Shown here: piece after piece, positions 19,555 to 28,745 of the stretch | Position numbering within the stretch: position 1 is the stretch's first letter | Layout: each line of letters begins with the position of its first letter | DNA from: Candidatus Nomurabacteria bacterium RIFCSPLOWO2_01_FULL_39_17 | GTDB taxonomy: Bacteria; Patescibacteriota; Minisyncoccia; Phycocordibacterales; UBA9973 | Direction: 5' to 3' | NCBI GenBank assembly: GCA_001785805.1 | Contig: MFUU01000010.1 | Span: 1,936-50,580, forward strand | Length of the DNA stretch: 48,645 nt | Notes under the pieces: generated by a model | Database searches by the model: none | The model's input: the letters and a program-made list of their open reading frames with translations, nothing else | What the model was told of the DNA's origin: nothing | Translations under genes and position numbers: made by a program

Positions 19555-21300
19555 ATGGAGGAAGAAATAAAAAAATTAATTAAAGACGCCCTGGGGAACC
19601 TCGCGATAGAGGTTGGTAATTTCACTATTGAGCATCCAGAAGATTTAAAGAATGGGGATTATTCCACGAATGTCGCCCTGGTCATAGCTAAAAGTGTTGA
19701 GAGAAATCCGCAAGAACTGGCCGAAAAAATAGTTGCCGAAATAATTAGACTAAACATAGATAAAAATATTGAAAAAGTAGAAGTTGCCGGCGCGGGATTT
19801 ATTAATTTTTATTTGTCCCGAAAGTTTTTCAGTGGTAGTGTTGAGGAAATCCTGAATATTAAAGATTTCGGTACAAATAAAATCTTTGCTAGCAAGAAAA
19901 TAATGGTTGAATACACTGACCCCAATCCTTTCAAGCCCTTTCATATCGGCCACCTGATGACGAATGCGATTGGGGAATCAATCGCGAGGATTTTGGAATA
20001 TTCTGACGCCGATGTTTCTCGGGCGAATTATCAAGGCGATGTGGGGCTACATGTGGCGAAAGCTTTTTATAGTATGCGAAAGAGAGGAATGCCGAAAGAT
20101 ATGGATGCTCCGGTATCGGTTTTAGCCCAATATATAGGCGAATCTTATGCCAAGGGCAATGAGGCTTATGAAAATGATATAAAAGCCAAAAAAGAAATTG
20201 AAGTTTTGAATAAAAAGATTTACGACAAAAATGATGAAGAAATAAATAAAGTTTACAACTGGGGTTTTAAAGTTACGATGGAAGCTTTTGAAGATTTGTA
20301 CAGAATACTCGGGACAAAATTTGATTTTTATTTTTTGGAGAGCGAAGTCTCTTTGTTCGGAGAACAAATAGTAAAAGATAATATCGGTCGGGTTTTTGAA
20401 AAATCTGACGGGGCAGTTGTTTTCAAAGCAGAGAAACACAACCCTAAACTTCACACCAGAGTTTTCATAACCTCTGAAGGTCTTCCTACTTATGAGGCCA
20501 AAGAGCTTGGGCTTACTGAAGAAAAATTTAAAGTTAAACCCGATATGGATCTTTCACTCGTTGTTACCGCCAACGAACAGGCAGACTATATGAAAGTGGT
20601 TGATAAAGCTCTTTCCTTGATTCATCCCGAATATGAAAACAAAATGCTCCATATCACGCACGGGATGATGCGCCTCCTCGCCCGTAGCCGGGCTACGGCC
20701 GAGGAGCTTACTTCTATAAAAATGAGCTCGCGGAAGGGTAATGTGATTACTGGCGAAAAGCTTATCCGCGACACGATTGCCTTGATAGTCGAGAAAATGA
20801 AAGATAGGAGTTGGAACCAGGAGGAGAAAAATAAGGTTGCCGAAAATGTGGGCGTAGCGGCGATAAAATATTCTATTCTTCGCTCCAAGGCGGGGAACGA
20901 TATTGTCTATAATGTTGAAGAGTCAATTTCGGTGGAGGGGGACTCGGGTCCATACTTGCAATATTCTTTCGCCCGAGCAAATTCAGTCATAGAAAAAGCG
21001 CAGAAGGAAAATATTTTGCCGGACTTTGAAAAAGTTCCCGATGAAGTGTCGGAAGTGGAAAAATTATTATATAGATTTCCGGAAGTTGTATCTCGTTCCG
21101 CATCTTTATACGAACCGCACCATATTGCGACTTACCTCATAGAACTAGCTCGTGCTTTTAATAACTTTTATGGGCATACTTTGATTGTAGATAAAAAGGA
21201 CATTACTTCTTCTTATAAAATAGCTTTAACTTATGCATTTTCTTTTGTAATGAAAACAGGCCTGCATCTCCTGGGCATCGAAGCCCCAAAGCGGATGTAA
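19555..21300 (+). CDS. argS: Arginine--tRNA ligase
   Basis: 581 aa. NPFKPFHIGHL (HIGH), KMSSRKG (KMSKS-like), C-terminal anticodon-binding DALR-type region ending in M. Confidence 0.9.
   Translation: MEEEIKKLIKDALGNLAIEVGNFTIEHPEDLKNGDYSTNVALVIAKSVERNPQELAEKIVAEIIRLNIDKNIEKVEVAGAGFINFYLSRKFFSGSVEEILNIKDFGTNKIFASKKIMVEYTDPNPFKPFHIGHLMTNAIGESIARILEYSDADVSRANYQGDVGLHVAKAFYSMRKRGMPKDMDAPVSVLAQYIGESYAKGNEAYENDIKAKKEIEVLNKKIYDKNDEEINKVYNWGFKVTMEAFEDLYRILGTKFDFYFLESEVSLFGEQIVKDNIGRVFEKSDGAVVFKAEKHNPKLHTRVFITSEGLPTYEAKELGLTEEKFKVKPDMDLSLVVTANEQADYMKVVDKALSLIHPEYENKMLHITHGMMRLLARSRATAEELTSIKMSSRKGNVITGEKLIRDTIALIVEKMKDRSWNQEEKNKVAENVGVAAIKYSILRSKAGNDIVYNVEESISVEGDSGPYLQYSFARANSVIEKAQKENILPDFEKVPDEVSEVEKLLYRFPEVVSRSASLYEPHHIATYLIELARAFNNFYGHTLIVDKKDITSSYKIALTYAFSFVMKTGLHLLGIEAPKRM
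20674..20706. repeat. 33-nt GC-rich imperfect palindrome in frame inside argS
   Basis: CTCCTCGCCCGTAGCCGGGCTACGGCCGAGGAG: 15/16 arm positions are complementary and 25/33 are G or C, in an AT-rich gene. Encodes LLARSRATAEE just before the KMSSRKG motif. Confidence 0.7.
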
Positions 21301-21314
21301 AAATAAAGATTTTA

Positions 21315-21323
21315 TGTTAAAAT
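21315..21323 (+). promoter_or_regulatory. Extended -10 box TGTTAAAAT, 8 nt upstream of ATG 21332 (ileS)
   Basis: TGn plus TAAAAT. It overlaps the alternative upstream ATG at 21314. Confidence 0.35.
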
Positions 21324-21331
21324 CAGTCATA

Positions 21332-24300
21332 ATGACTGAAAAAGAAGAAAATACTAAATCCGATATGGTGCTTCGGGAGGAGCGAGTTTTGGAATTCTGG
21401 CAAAAAAATAAAATTTTTGATAAATCTTTAAAACAAACTGAGGGAGGTAAAGAATTTATTTTTTACGAAGGTCCGCCAACTGCCAACGGTAAACCGGGCA
21501 TTCACCACTTGGAAGCGCGGGCTTTTAAGGATGCAATTCCGAGGTATAAGACAATGCAGGGTTATCATGTCCGCCGAAAGGGCGGATGGGACACGCATGG
21601 ACTCCCCGTTGAACTGCAAGTAGAGAAAAAGTTGGGGTTAAATTCAAAAAAAGCGATTGAGGAATATGGTATTGCCAGGTTTAACCAAAAATGCCAAGAA
21701 AGCGTCTGGGAATATTTGAATATGTGGGAAAAATTTACCGAGCGCATCGGTTTCTGGCTTGATCAGGAGAATCCATATGTGACTTATCATAACAATTTTA
21801 TTGAATCTGTCTGGAATGTAGTAAAAAAAGTTGATAAGCAGGGGCTTCTCTATAAAGATTATAAAGTTGTGCCATGGTGCCCGAGGTGCGGAACAGTGCT
21901 TTCTTCGCATGAACTTGCACTAGGATATGAGGATGTAAAAGATTTGTCGATATATGCGAAATTCAAAATTCGCTCCGTCGGTGAAAAATTTTCTCAGGTC
22001 CTCGGAAAAAATCCCCAGACCGTTCGAAAATCTTCCCCCGACTCCGCTTTACCATTGTACTTTCTTGCATGGACCACTACACCGTGGACTCTGCCTGGCA
22101 ATGTCGCTCTGGCAGTGGGAGAGAAAATTATTTATGTAAAAGTGAAATTGAATAATGAAATATTTATTCTGGCGAAAGAACGAATTTCTATATTGCCAGA
22201 ACCTTATGAAATTCTGGAAGAAATACATGGACAGGATTTGATTGGTTTGGAATACGAACCGCTTTTCCCATATCTTGCCGAGATTATTCCCGAGAACGAA
22301 AAATCAAAGTTAGAAAAAGCATACAAGGTTTACGGGGCAGACTTCGTGACTACTATTGATGGTACAGGCATAGTGCACACGGCTGTGATGTATGGGCAGG
22401 ATGACTTTGAACTTGGCACCAAAGTTGGCTTGCCGAAGCATCACCTCGTTAATTCCGAAGGTAAATTTATCAAAGGGACGGGACTCCTGGAAGGTCGGTT
22501 TGTAAAAGAAAAAGATAACAACAATAAACCGACACTTGATGTAGACATCATTAAATATCTGACCGATAAAAATTTATTCTTCAAAAAAGAAAATTATGAG
22601 CACTCATATCCGCACTGCTGGCGCTGTAAAACAGCGCTTATCTACTATGCGCGAGATTCTTGGTATTTTAAAATGTCCGACCAAAAGATAAAAGAAAAAT
22701 TAATTGCCGAGAATAAAAAAATAAACTGGGAGCCTTCGCACATCGGGGAAGGGCGTTTCGGCGAATGGCTGAGGGAAGTAAAAGATTGGGCAATCTCCCG
22801 CGAGCGGTACTGGGGCACGCCATTGCCGGTCTGGGAGTGCAGTAAGTGTAACAAGAAACATGTAATTGGAAGCTTGGAAGAATTAAAAAAGAAAACAAAA
22901 AAGTCCGGCAACAAGTATTTCGTAATGCGCCACGGCGAAGCGGGTAATAATATTAAAAATGGCATTCATCATAGAGATTTGGAATATAGCGCCAAATTAA
23001 CAGAAAAAGGGAAAAAACAAGTATTAGAGAGTTTAAGGAATTTTAAAGAGAGAGTAGATATCATTATTTCTTCTACATTTGAAAGAGCAAAGGAAACCAC
23101 TGAAATAGTTTGTGGACAAATTAATTTTCCGTTAGGAAAAGTTATTTATAACCAACAAATTAAAGAACAAGAAACTAGTTCGTTTTTTGACGGCAAGGAT
23201 AAAGCAGTTTTTGATGAATATTATGATGGAGGTTATTTACTGGATAATCCAAATGAAATTTTACCAGATAGTGAAAGTTTTGCTCAGGTAATTAAAAGAA
23301 TTGGGCAATTTATTTATGATTTAGAAACGAACTATTCTAATAAAAATATTTTAATTATTGGTCATGGGAATGCGACTAATGCTTTGAGTTTTATAGTAAA
23401 AGGATTATCATTAAATAATTTATCAAGTAAAAATAATCCATTTATTTCTCTTAAAAATGCCGAAATCAGGGGATTTGATTTTATCCCACTTCCGCATAAT
23501 GAAAACTTTGAACTTGATTTACACCGGCCCTATATTGATGAAATTAATCTTGTCTGCGAATGCGGAAGCAAGCTGACGCGCACGAAAGAAGTAATGGATG
23601 TTTGGCTTGATTCTGGCACGATGCCGTTCGCGCAGGACCATTATCCATTTGAGAATAAAGATTGGGTAGAAGGAAAAGGTTATCCGGCAGATTATATTTC
23701 CGAAGCGATTGATCAGACTCGCGGGTGGTTTTATACGTTACACGCCGTTGGCGTCCTGATGGGTCGCGGGAGAGCATTTAAGAATGTTATTTGTCTCGGA
23801 CATTTACTTGATGCCACTGGCAAGAAAATGTCGAAATCTCTGGGAAATATAGTTAATCCGTGGGTGATGATAGAAAAATACGGAGCAGATACACTTCGTT
23901 TATGGATGTATTCTGTCAATCAGCCCGGAGAGTCTAAGAACTTCGACGAAAAGACAGTTGCTCTGCTTTCCCAGCAAGTTTTTGGACTGCTTTATAACGT
24001 GCTCGCATTTTATGAACTTTACCGCGATAGGGTGCTGGAAAAGAACAACCGACCCAAAATATCTAAAAATGTTTTAGATATTTGGATTCTTGCCAAACTT
24101 GATGAGTTGATAGGACTTTCAACTAAAAATTTAGACAATTATAAATTGCTTGAACCAGTAAGAGGCATGAAAGACTTTATCGGCGACCTTTCAACTTGGT
24201 ACTTGCGCCGTTCGCGAGAGAGAATAAAAGAAGGGGACGTGGAAGCAAAACAAACTTTATACTTTGTATTAAAAACTCTTACGAAATTATTAGCCCCATT

Positions 24301-24913
24301 TGCTCCACTTTCTGCGGAAGATATTTGGCTACGATTGAAAAACGACAAAGATACCGAAAGTGTGCATCTAGTAGAGTGGCCAAAAATGTCAAAGAGACTC
24401 TTTGACATTTTTGGCAGTGGAGAAGATGAAATTTTAAAGAATATGCAAACGGTGCGTGACATTTGTACTGCGGGTAAAGCAGAAAGACAGAGGTTAAATA
24501 TTCCTATTCGCCAGCCCCTAAATAGATTAGATATGCCACAAGGGTTACCCATTGAATATGTTGAGATTATAAAAAGTGAGTTAAATGTAAAAAGTCTAAA
24601 TTATACACTAAAAGCGGAGACAGGTATTTATAAAATAGGGTTTGATTCAGAAATTACCCCGGGATTAAAACAAGAAGGGAATTATCGCGAACTTGTTCGC
24701 GCCCTGCAAGATATGAGGAAGAAAATGGAGCTTACACCGAGCGATGTCATAGCCATAGCTTTCGAAACGAACGATATGGGTAAAGCTCTAATTGGAAAAT
24801 TTGAAGCTGATATAAAGAAAACCGTACTTGTGTCCAAAATAGAGTTTAAAGCAAATGACGGTCAAGAAATCAAAATAGACGAATTGGTATTTAAGGTAAA
24901 AATTGATAAATAA
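21332..24913 (+). CDS. ileS: Isoleucine--tRNA ligase with two insertions (repeat-derived ~18 aa, and a ~208-aa histidine-phosphatase domain)
   Basis: PPTANGKPGIHH (HIGH region), [27 protein letters not shown]-terminal anticodon-binding region. An alternative start at ATG 21314 would add 6 aa. Confidence 0.9.
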   Translation: MTEKEENTKSDMVLREERVLEFWQKNKIFDKSLKQTEGGKEFIFYEGPPTANGKPGIHHLEARAFKDAIPRYKTMQGYHVRRKGGWDTHGLPVELQVEKKLGLNSKKAIEEYGIARFNQKCQESVWEYLNMWEKFTERIGFWLDQENPYVTYHNNFIESVWNVVKKVDKQGLLYKDYKVVPWCPRCGTVLSSHELALGYEDVKDLSIYAKFKIRSVGEKFSQVLGKNPQTVRKSSPDSALPLYFLAWTTTPWTLPGNVALAVGEKIIYVKVKLNNEIFILAKERISILPEPYEILEEIHGQDLIGLEYEPLFPYLAEIIPENEKSKLEKAYKVYGADFVTTIDGTGIVHTAVMYGQDDFELGTKVGLPKHHLVNSEGKFIKGTGLLEGRFVKEKDNNNKPTLDVDIIKYLTDKNLFFKKENYEHSYPHCWRCKTALIYYARDSWYFKMSDQKIKEKLIAENKKINWEPSHIGEGRFGEWLREVKDWAISRERYWGTPLPVWECSKCNKKHVIGSLEELKKKTKKSGNKYFVMRHGEAGNNIKNGIHHRDLEYSAKLTEKGKKQVLESLRNFKERVDIIISSTFERAKETTEIVCGQINFPLGKVIYNQQIKEQETSSFFDGKDKAVFDEYYDGGYLLDNPNEILPDSESFAQVIKRIGQFIYDLETNYSNKNILIIGHGNATNALSFIVKGLSLNNLSSKNNPFISLKNAEIRGFDFIPLPHNENFELDLHRPYIDEINLVCECGSKLTRTKEVMDVWLDSGTMPFAQDHYPFENKDWVEGKGYPADYISEAIDQTRGWFYTLHAVGVLMGRGRAFKNVICLGHLLDATGKKMSKSLGNIVNPWVMIEKYGADTLRLWMYSVNQPGESKNFDEKTVALLSQQVFGLLYNVLAFYELYRDRVLEKNNRPKISKNVLDIWILAKLDELIGLSTKNLDNYKLLEPVRGMKDFIGDLSTWYLRRSRERIKEGDVEAKQTLYFVLKTLTKLLAPFAPLSAEDIWLRLKNDKDTESVHLVEWPKMSKRLFDIFGSGEDEILKNMQTVRDICTAGKAERQRLNIPIRQPLNRLDMPQGLPIEYVEIIKSELNVKSLNYTLKAETGIYKIGFDSEITPGLKQEGNYRELVRALQDMRKKMELTPSDVIAIAFETNDMGKALIGKFEADIKKTVLVSKIEFKANDGQEIKIDELVFKVKIDK
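21983..22035 (-). repeat. Family 1 nested-hairpin element, copy F, in frame inside ileS
   Basis: Contains TTCTCAGGTCCTCGGAAAAAATCCCCAGACCGTTCGAAAA, 40/40 identical to the reverse complement of copy A. Translated as [18 protein letters not shown]. Confidence 0.85.
22886..23509 (+). other. Histidine-phosphatase (phosphoglycerate-mutase-like) domain inserted within IleRS
   Basis: KYFVMRHGEAGNN (RHG motif, His codon 22931-22933), ISSTFERAKETT, ILIIGHGNATNAL (second His codon 23363-23365). Bounded by WECSKC (22838-22849) and VCEC (23555-23563). Confidence 0.75.
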
Positions 24914-24917
24914 AATA

Positions 24918-25499
24918 ATGCATCACATTTATCACACCGAAGGAATAATACTAGGGAGTAAGAATTACGGAGAGGCGGGGAAATATTATTCTATTTTCAC
25001 CCGCGATTTAGGGATGGTATACGCCTCCGCGCAGGGTGTGCGTAAAATGTCTTCCAAGCTCCGTTTTATCCTGCAAGACTTTGCTTATTTGAAAATTGAC
25101 CTTGTTCAGGGCAAGGACTTCTGGCGAGTGACCAGCGCATCAAAGACAAATAAACTAGAACAGCTTACGAAAAATCCGCGAACTTTAAAAGTTTTCAGCA
25201 ATATTGCGAAATTATTGAAGAGGTTGCTGGCTGGTGTGGAGCGCAATGATGTCTTATTTACGGATTTAGTAAATGGCTTATCTATTCTAGAAAAAACGAA
25301 AACGAACGAAGAATTACGGAATATTGAAGCCATTATTGTTCTGCGCATACTTAGTAATTTGGGATATATAGGCAGAGATGAAAAATTACAGAGTCTCGTC
25401 AAATCTCCGTTTGAAGAGAATTTAATATTTGAAGCAATGAAATCTAGGCGACAAATCCTATCTCAGATTAACAAAGCGCTTAAAGAAACTCATTTATAA
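24918..25499 (+). CDS. recO: DNA repair protein RecO
   Basis: 193 aa from ATG 24918. N-terminal OB-fold pattern TEGIILGSKNYGEAGKYYSIFTRDLG. Small RecO-like architecture. Confidence 0.7.
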   Translation: MHHIYHTEGIILGSKNYGEAGKYYSIFTRDLGMVYASAQGVRKMSSKLRFILQDFAYLKIDLVQGKDFWRVTSASKTNKLEQLTKNPRTLKVFSNIAKLLKRLLAGVERNDVLFTDLVNGLSILEKTKTNEELRNIEAIIVLRILSNLGYIGRDEKLQSLVKSPFEENLIFEAMKSRRQILSQINKALKETHL

Positions 25500-25538
25500 A
25501 AGTCTGTCCCGTAAGAGGTTTTTTAATCTCGTTCGGGG

Positions 25539-25547
25539 TGGTATAAT
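25539..25547 (+). promoter_or_regulatory. Extended -10 box TGGTATAAT, 8 nt upstream of ATG 25556
   Basis: Exact TGnTATAAT. No Shine-Dalgarno. Confidence 0.45.
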
Positions 25548-25555
25548 GGTGTAAT

Positions 25556-27478
25556 ATGCTCGAAGACAGAGAGAAATTAAATAGGATAGAAGACATGAAA
25601 AGCCGACTCTTCGGTAGAAGCTATAAGACAGAAATAGAACATCGTAATATCATTCGGCATACGGAGCCGAAAAGTGTTCCGGATTCTTGGCGGAAAGACG
25701 AAGAACAGAGTTTCATAAAAGAATTTTCCACTAGAACTTCGCTTTTTAAAAAGTTTTTTATTTTTTCTGTGGTTTTTTTTATTTTAGCTCTGGCTTACGC
25801 CTCTTATAACTTCTTCGCCGGTGGCAATACTGTATCTACTGACAATATAGAAATATCTGTGCTCGGGAATACTTTTACCGCAGGCGGAGAGGAATTACCT
25901 CTTCAGATTGATATAGCGAACAAGAACAATACTCCCCTAGATCTGGTTGATTTAGTGGTGGAATATCCGAAAAGTTCCGCCACCGGCCTTTCGGAGAATA
26001 CTGAACGCCTTCGCCAATCTCTGGGCACAATACCGGCTGGCGCGGTTCGCAGTGAAAACGTTAAAGTAACGCTTTTCGGTAAACAAGGAAGTATGCGCCC
26101 CATAAAAATTTCTTTAGAGTATAGGGTAGAAGGTTCGAATGCCATCTTCGTAAAAGACAAACTTTTTAATATTAATATTAATTCAACTCCCGTAAACCTT
26201 TCTATTGATGCTCCCGCCGAGATAAGCCCCAACCAAGACGTAGTTCTCGAAGTAAAGGCCACACTCAATGCAAATAAAGTGCTACCTTCAATGCTACTAC
26301 GGCTTGACTATCCGGCAGGCTTTCAATTTGCACTAGCCAAGCCGGCACCCTCGTTCGGCAACAATGTCTGGAACCTAGGCGATCTCGCCCCCAGCGTGGA
26401 ACACAGTATTTCAATAACTGGGAAGATGATCGATGTTTTCGACGGAGAAGAGAAGACATTTCGCGCTTGGACCGGCACGCAATCTCCGTCGGATAAATCT
26501 GCGATTGAGGTTATTTTCAATTCCATAGACCATACTCTGGCCATCAAAAAAGCATTTATCGAAGCCAAACTTTTTATCAACGGAGTTTACCAGAGGGAAT
26601 ACGCCACTAATACGATTACCCCTATTCAAGGAGAAATCAGATGGACTAATAATTTAGATACAAAGATCAATGATCTGGAAATTAAAGCGAAAATTTCTGG
26701 CAATGCCGTAGATCGAAGAACGATCAATTCACGAGAGGGTTTTTATGATTCGTTGGCTGATTCTGTTATTTGGGACAAAAATTATATAAATGATTTTGCT
26801 TCGGTAAATCCGGGGGACTCGGGTTCAGTTCGGTTTTCCATTTCTTCGCTTTCGTTATTCTCTGCCATCGGCGGGATGCTTTCTGAACCAACCATGAACA
26901 TAGAAATTTCTATTGCCGGCAAGCAAGCGATCGAAGGCAATATACTTAAAACGCTCTCCAATGGAGAAACAAAAATTGTACGTATTATTTCTGATGTTGG
27001 ATTTGCCAATAAGATTCTTTACTATTCTGGAGCGTTTCAAAACACCGGAACTATTCCTCCGAAAGCAGAAAAAGAAACCACCTACACGGTAGTCTGGACT
27101 CTCTCCAACACCGCGAACAGTATTTCAAACACAAAAATAAAATCTACTCTTCCGCCCTGGGTGCGTTTTGTGGGTGTAATTTCTCCAGCCAGTGAAAATC
27201 TGGACTATAATGCGTCTACCAAGGAAATAGTCTGGAACGTGGGTGCAATACCGAGAGGAGCCGGCATCACCACCAAAGAAAAAGAAGTTGCTTTCCAAGT
27301 GGCATTTATTCCTTCGCTCTCCCAAATCGGTAATGCGCCAACTCTCATCAATGACGCTATTTTGACTGGGCATGATGATTTTGCCAATGTGAATGTTAGA
27401 ATAAACAAATCATCGCTTAATACTAATCTTACCAACGACCCACTTTTCCCTTCCGGGGGTGATAGAGTGACAGAATAA
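25556..27478 (+). CDS. Single-pass membrane protein with a large extracytoplasmic beta-rich domain, function unknown
   Basis: 640 aa. One TM helix (FFIFSVVFFILALAYASYNFF), then repeated beta-sandwich-like segments. No catalytic motif recognised. Confidence 0.6.
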   Translation: MLEDREKLNRIEDMKSRLFGRSYKTEIEHRNIIRHTEPKSVPDSWRKDEEQSFIKEFSTRTSLFKKFFIFSVVFFILALAYASYNFFAGGNTVSTDNIEISVLGNTFTAGGEELPLQIDIANKNNTPLDLVDLVVEYPKSSATGLSENTERLRQSLGTIPAGAVRSENVKVTLFGKQGSMRPIKISLEYRVEGSNAIFVKDKLFNININSTPVNLSIDAPAEISPNQDVVLEVKATLNANKVLPSMLLRLDYPAGFQFALAKPAPSFGNNVWNLGDLAPSVEHSISITGKMIDVFDGEEKTFRAWTGTQSPSDKSAIEVIFNSIDHTLAIKKAFIEAKLFINGVYQREYATNTITPIQGEIRWTNNLDTKINDLEIKAKISGNAVDRRTINSREGFYDSLADSVIWDKNYINDFASVNPGDSGSVRFSISSLSLFSAIGGMLSEPTMNIEISIAGKQAIEGNILKTLSNGETKIVRIISDVGFANKILYYSGAFQNTGTIPPKAEKETTYTVVWTLSNTANSISNTKIKSTLPPWVRFVGVISPASENLDYNASTKEIVWNVGAIPRGAGITTKEKEVAFQVAFIPSLSQIGNAPTLINDAILTGHDDFANVNVRINKSSLNTNLTNDPLFPSGGDRVTE

Positions 27479-27491
27479 GTCATAAAGTAAA

Positions 27492-28745
27492 ATGATAAAT
27501 TCAAAAGATACAAACGAGAATGATTTGATGGACAAGATAGTTTCCCTGTGTAAAAGGCGAGGTTTTGTTTTTCAAGGTTCGGAAATTTATGGCGGACTGG
27601 CTGGCACTTATGACTGGGGGCACTATGGTGTAGCTTTAAAAAATAATATTAAGCAGAATTGGTGGAAAAAATTTGTAGATGGCAGACGCGACATATATGG
27701 AATTGATGCGGCAATACTGATGAATCGCAAGGTTTGGGAGACCTCGGGGCATGTGGCCGGGTTTGTAGACCCGATGGAAGATGGTAAGCAATTCAATGTG
27801 ATGTTTAAAACGCAAATTGGTGCCGGCGATGAAGCAGTTGTTTCATATTTACGCCCCGAGACGGCGCAAGGAATGTTCGTCAACTTTAAAAATATAGTGG
27901 ACGCTTTTCATCCGAAACTTCCTTTTGGCACGGCACAAATCGGCAAGGCATTTCGCAATGAAATTGCCCCGCGGGATTTTATTTTCCGCCAGAGAGAGTT
28001 TGAGCAAATGGAGATAGAATATTTTATTCGTGCGAACGATTGGGAAAAATATTTTGAATATTGGAAAAGTGAAATGCTGGAATGGATGGAAGAAGTGGGA
28101 CTTGATATGGCAAAGGTGCGCGAGCTTGAGATCCCTAAAGAAAACCGGGCGCATTATTCCAGCCGAACGATTGATTTCGAATTTGATTATCCGTTTGGCC
28201 GGAAAGAACTTTTCGGCTTGGCGTATCGTACTGACTTTGATTTGAAGAATCACAAGCTTGAATATGTGGACGAAGTCCCGACATCCGAGGGAACCGGGAT
28301 CCCGATCGAAAGTAAAGTAATAATTCCACATGTTATTGAACCGACTTTCGGCGTTGACCGAGCCATACTCGCGCTTCTTTTGTCCGCTTACACTGAAGAT
28401 AAGCAGGGCGGGGAAATTCGATCATATTTGAAATTCAAGCCCAACATCGCACCGGTAATTTGTGCCGTTTCACCGCTTCTTAAAAACAAAAAAGAATTAG
28501 TGGAATATGCTAACATAAAAGTCTATGCTCCGCTCAAAGAAGAGTTTGGCCGTGTGGCTTGGGACGACAATGGCAATATTGGCAAACGCTATCGCCGACA
28601 AGACGAAATCGGCACGCCTTTTTGTATCGTAATTGATTTTGATACCCTTACTGATAATACTGTAACTGTCCGCGACCGAGATACAGGAGAACAAGAGAGA
28701 GTGAAAGTTTCTGATCTGCAGAATTACATAAAAGAGAAAATTTAA
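27492..28745 (+). CDS. glyQS: Glycine--tRNA ligase (class II, homodimeric type)
   Basis: 417 aa. RRGFVFQGSEIYGG, YLRPETAQG, FRNEIAPR, RQREFEQME and the anticodon-binding C-terminus. Confidence 0.9.
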   Translation: MINSKDTNENDLMDKIVSLCKRRGFVFQGSEIYGGLAGTYDWGHYGVALKNNIKQNWWKKFVDGRRDIYGIDAAILMNRKVWETSGHVAGFVDPMEDGKQFNVMFKTQIGAGDEAVVSYLRPETAQGMFVNFKNIVDAFHPKLPFGTAQIGKAFRNEIAPRDFIFRQREFEQMEIEYFIRANDWEKYFEYWKSEMLEWMEEVGLDMAKVRELEIPKENRAHYSSRTIDFEFDYPFGRKELFGLAYRTDFDLKNHKLEYVDEVPTSEGTGIPIESKVIIPHVIEPTFGVDRAILALLLSAYTEDKQGGEIRSYLKFKPNIAPVICAVSPLLKNKKELVEYANIKVYAPLKEEFGRVAWDDNGNIGKRYRRQDEIGTPFCIVIDFDTLTDNTVTVRDRDTGEQERVKVSDLQNYIKEKI

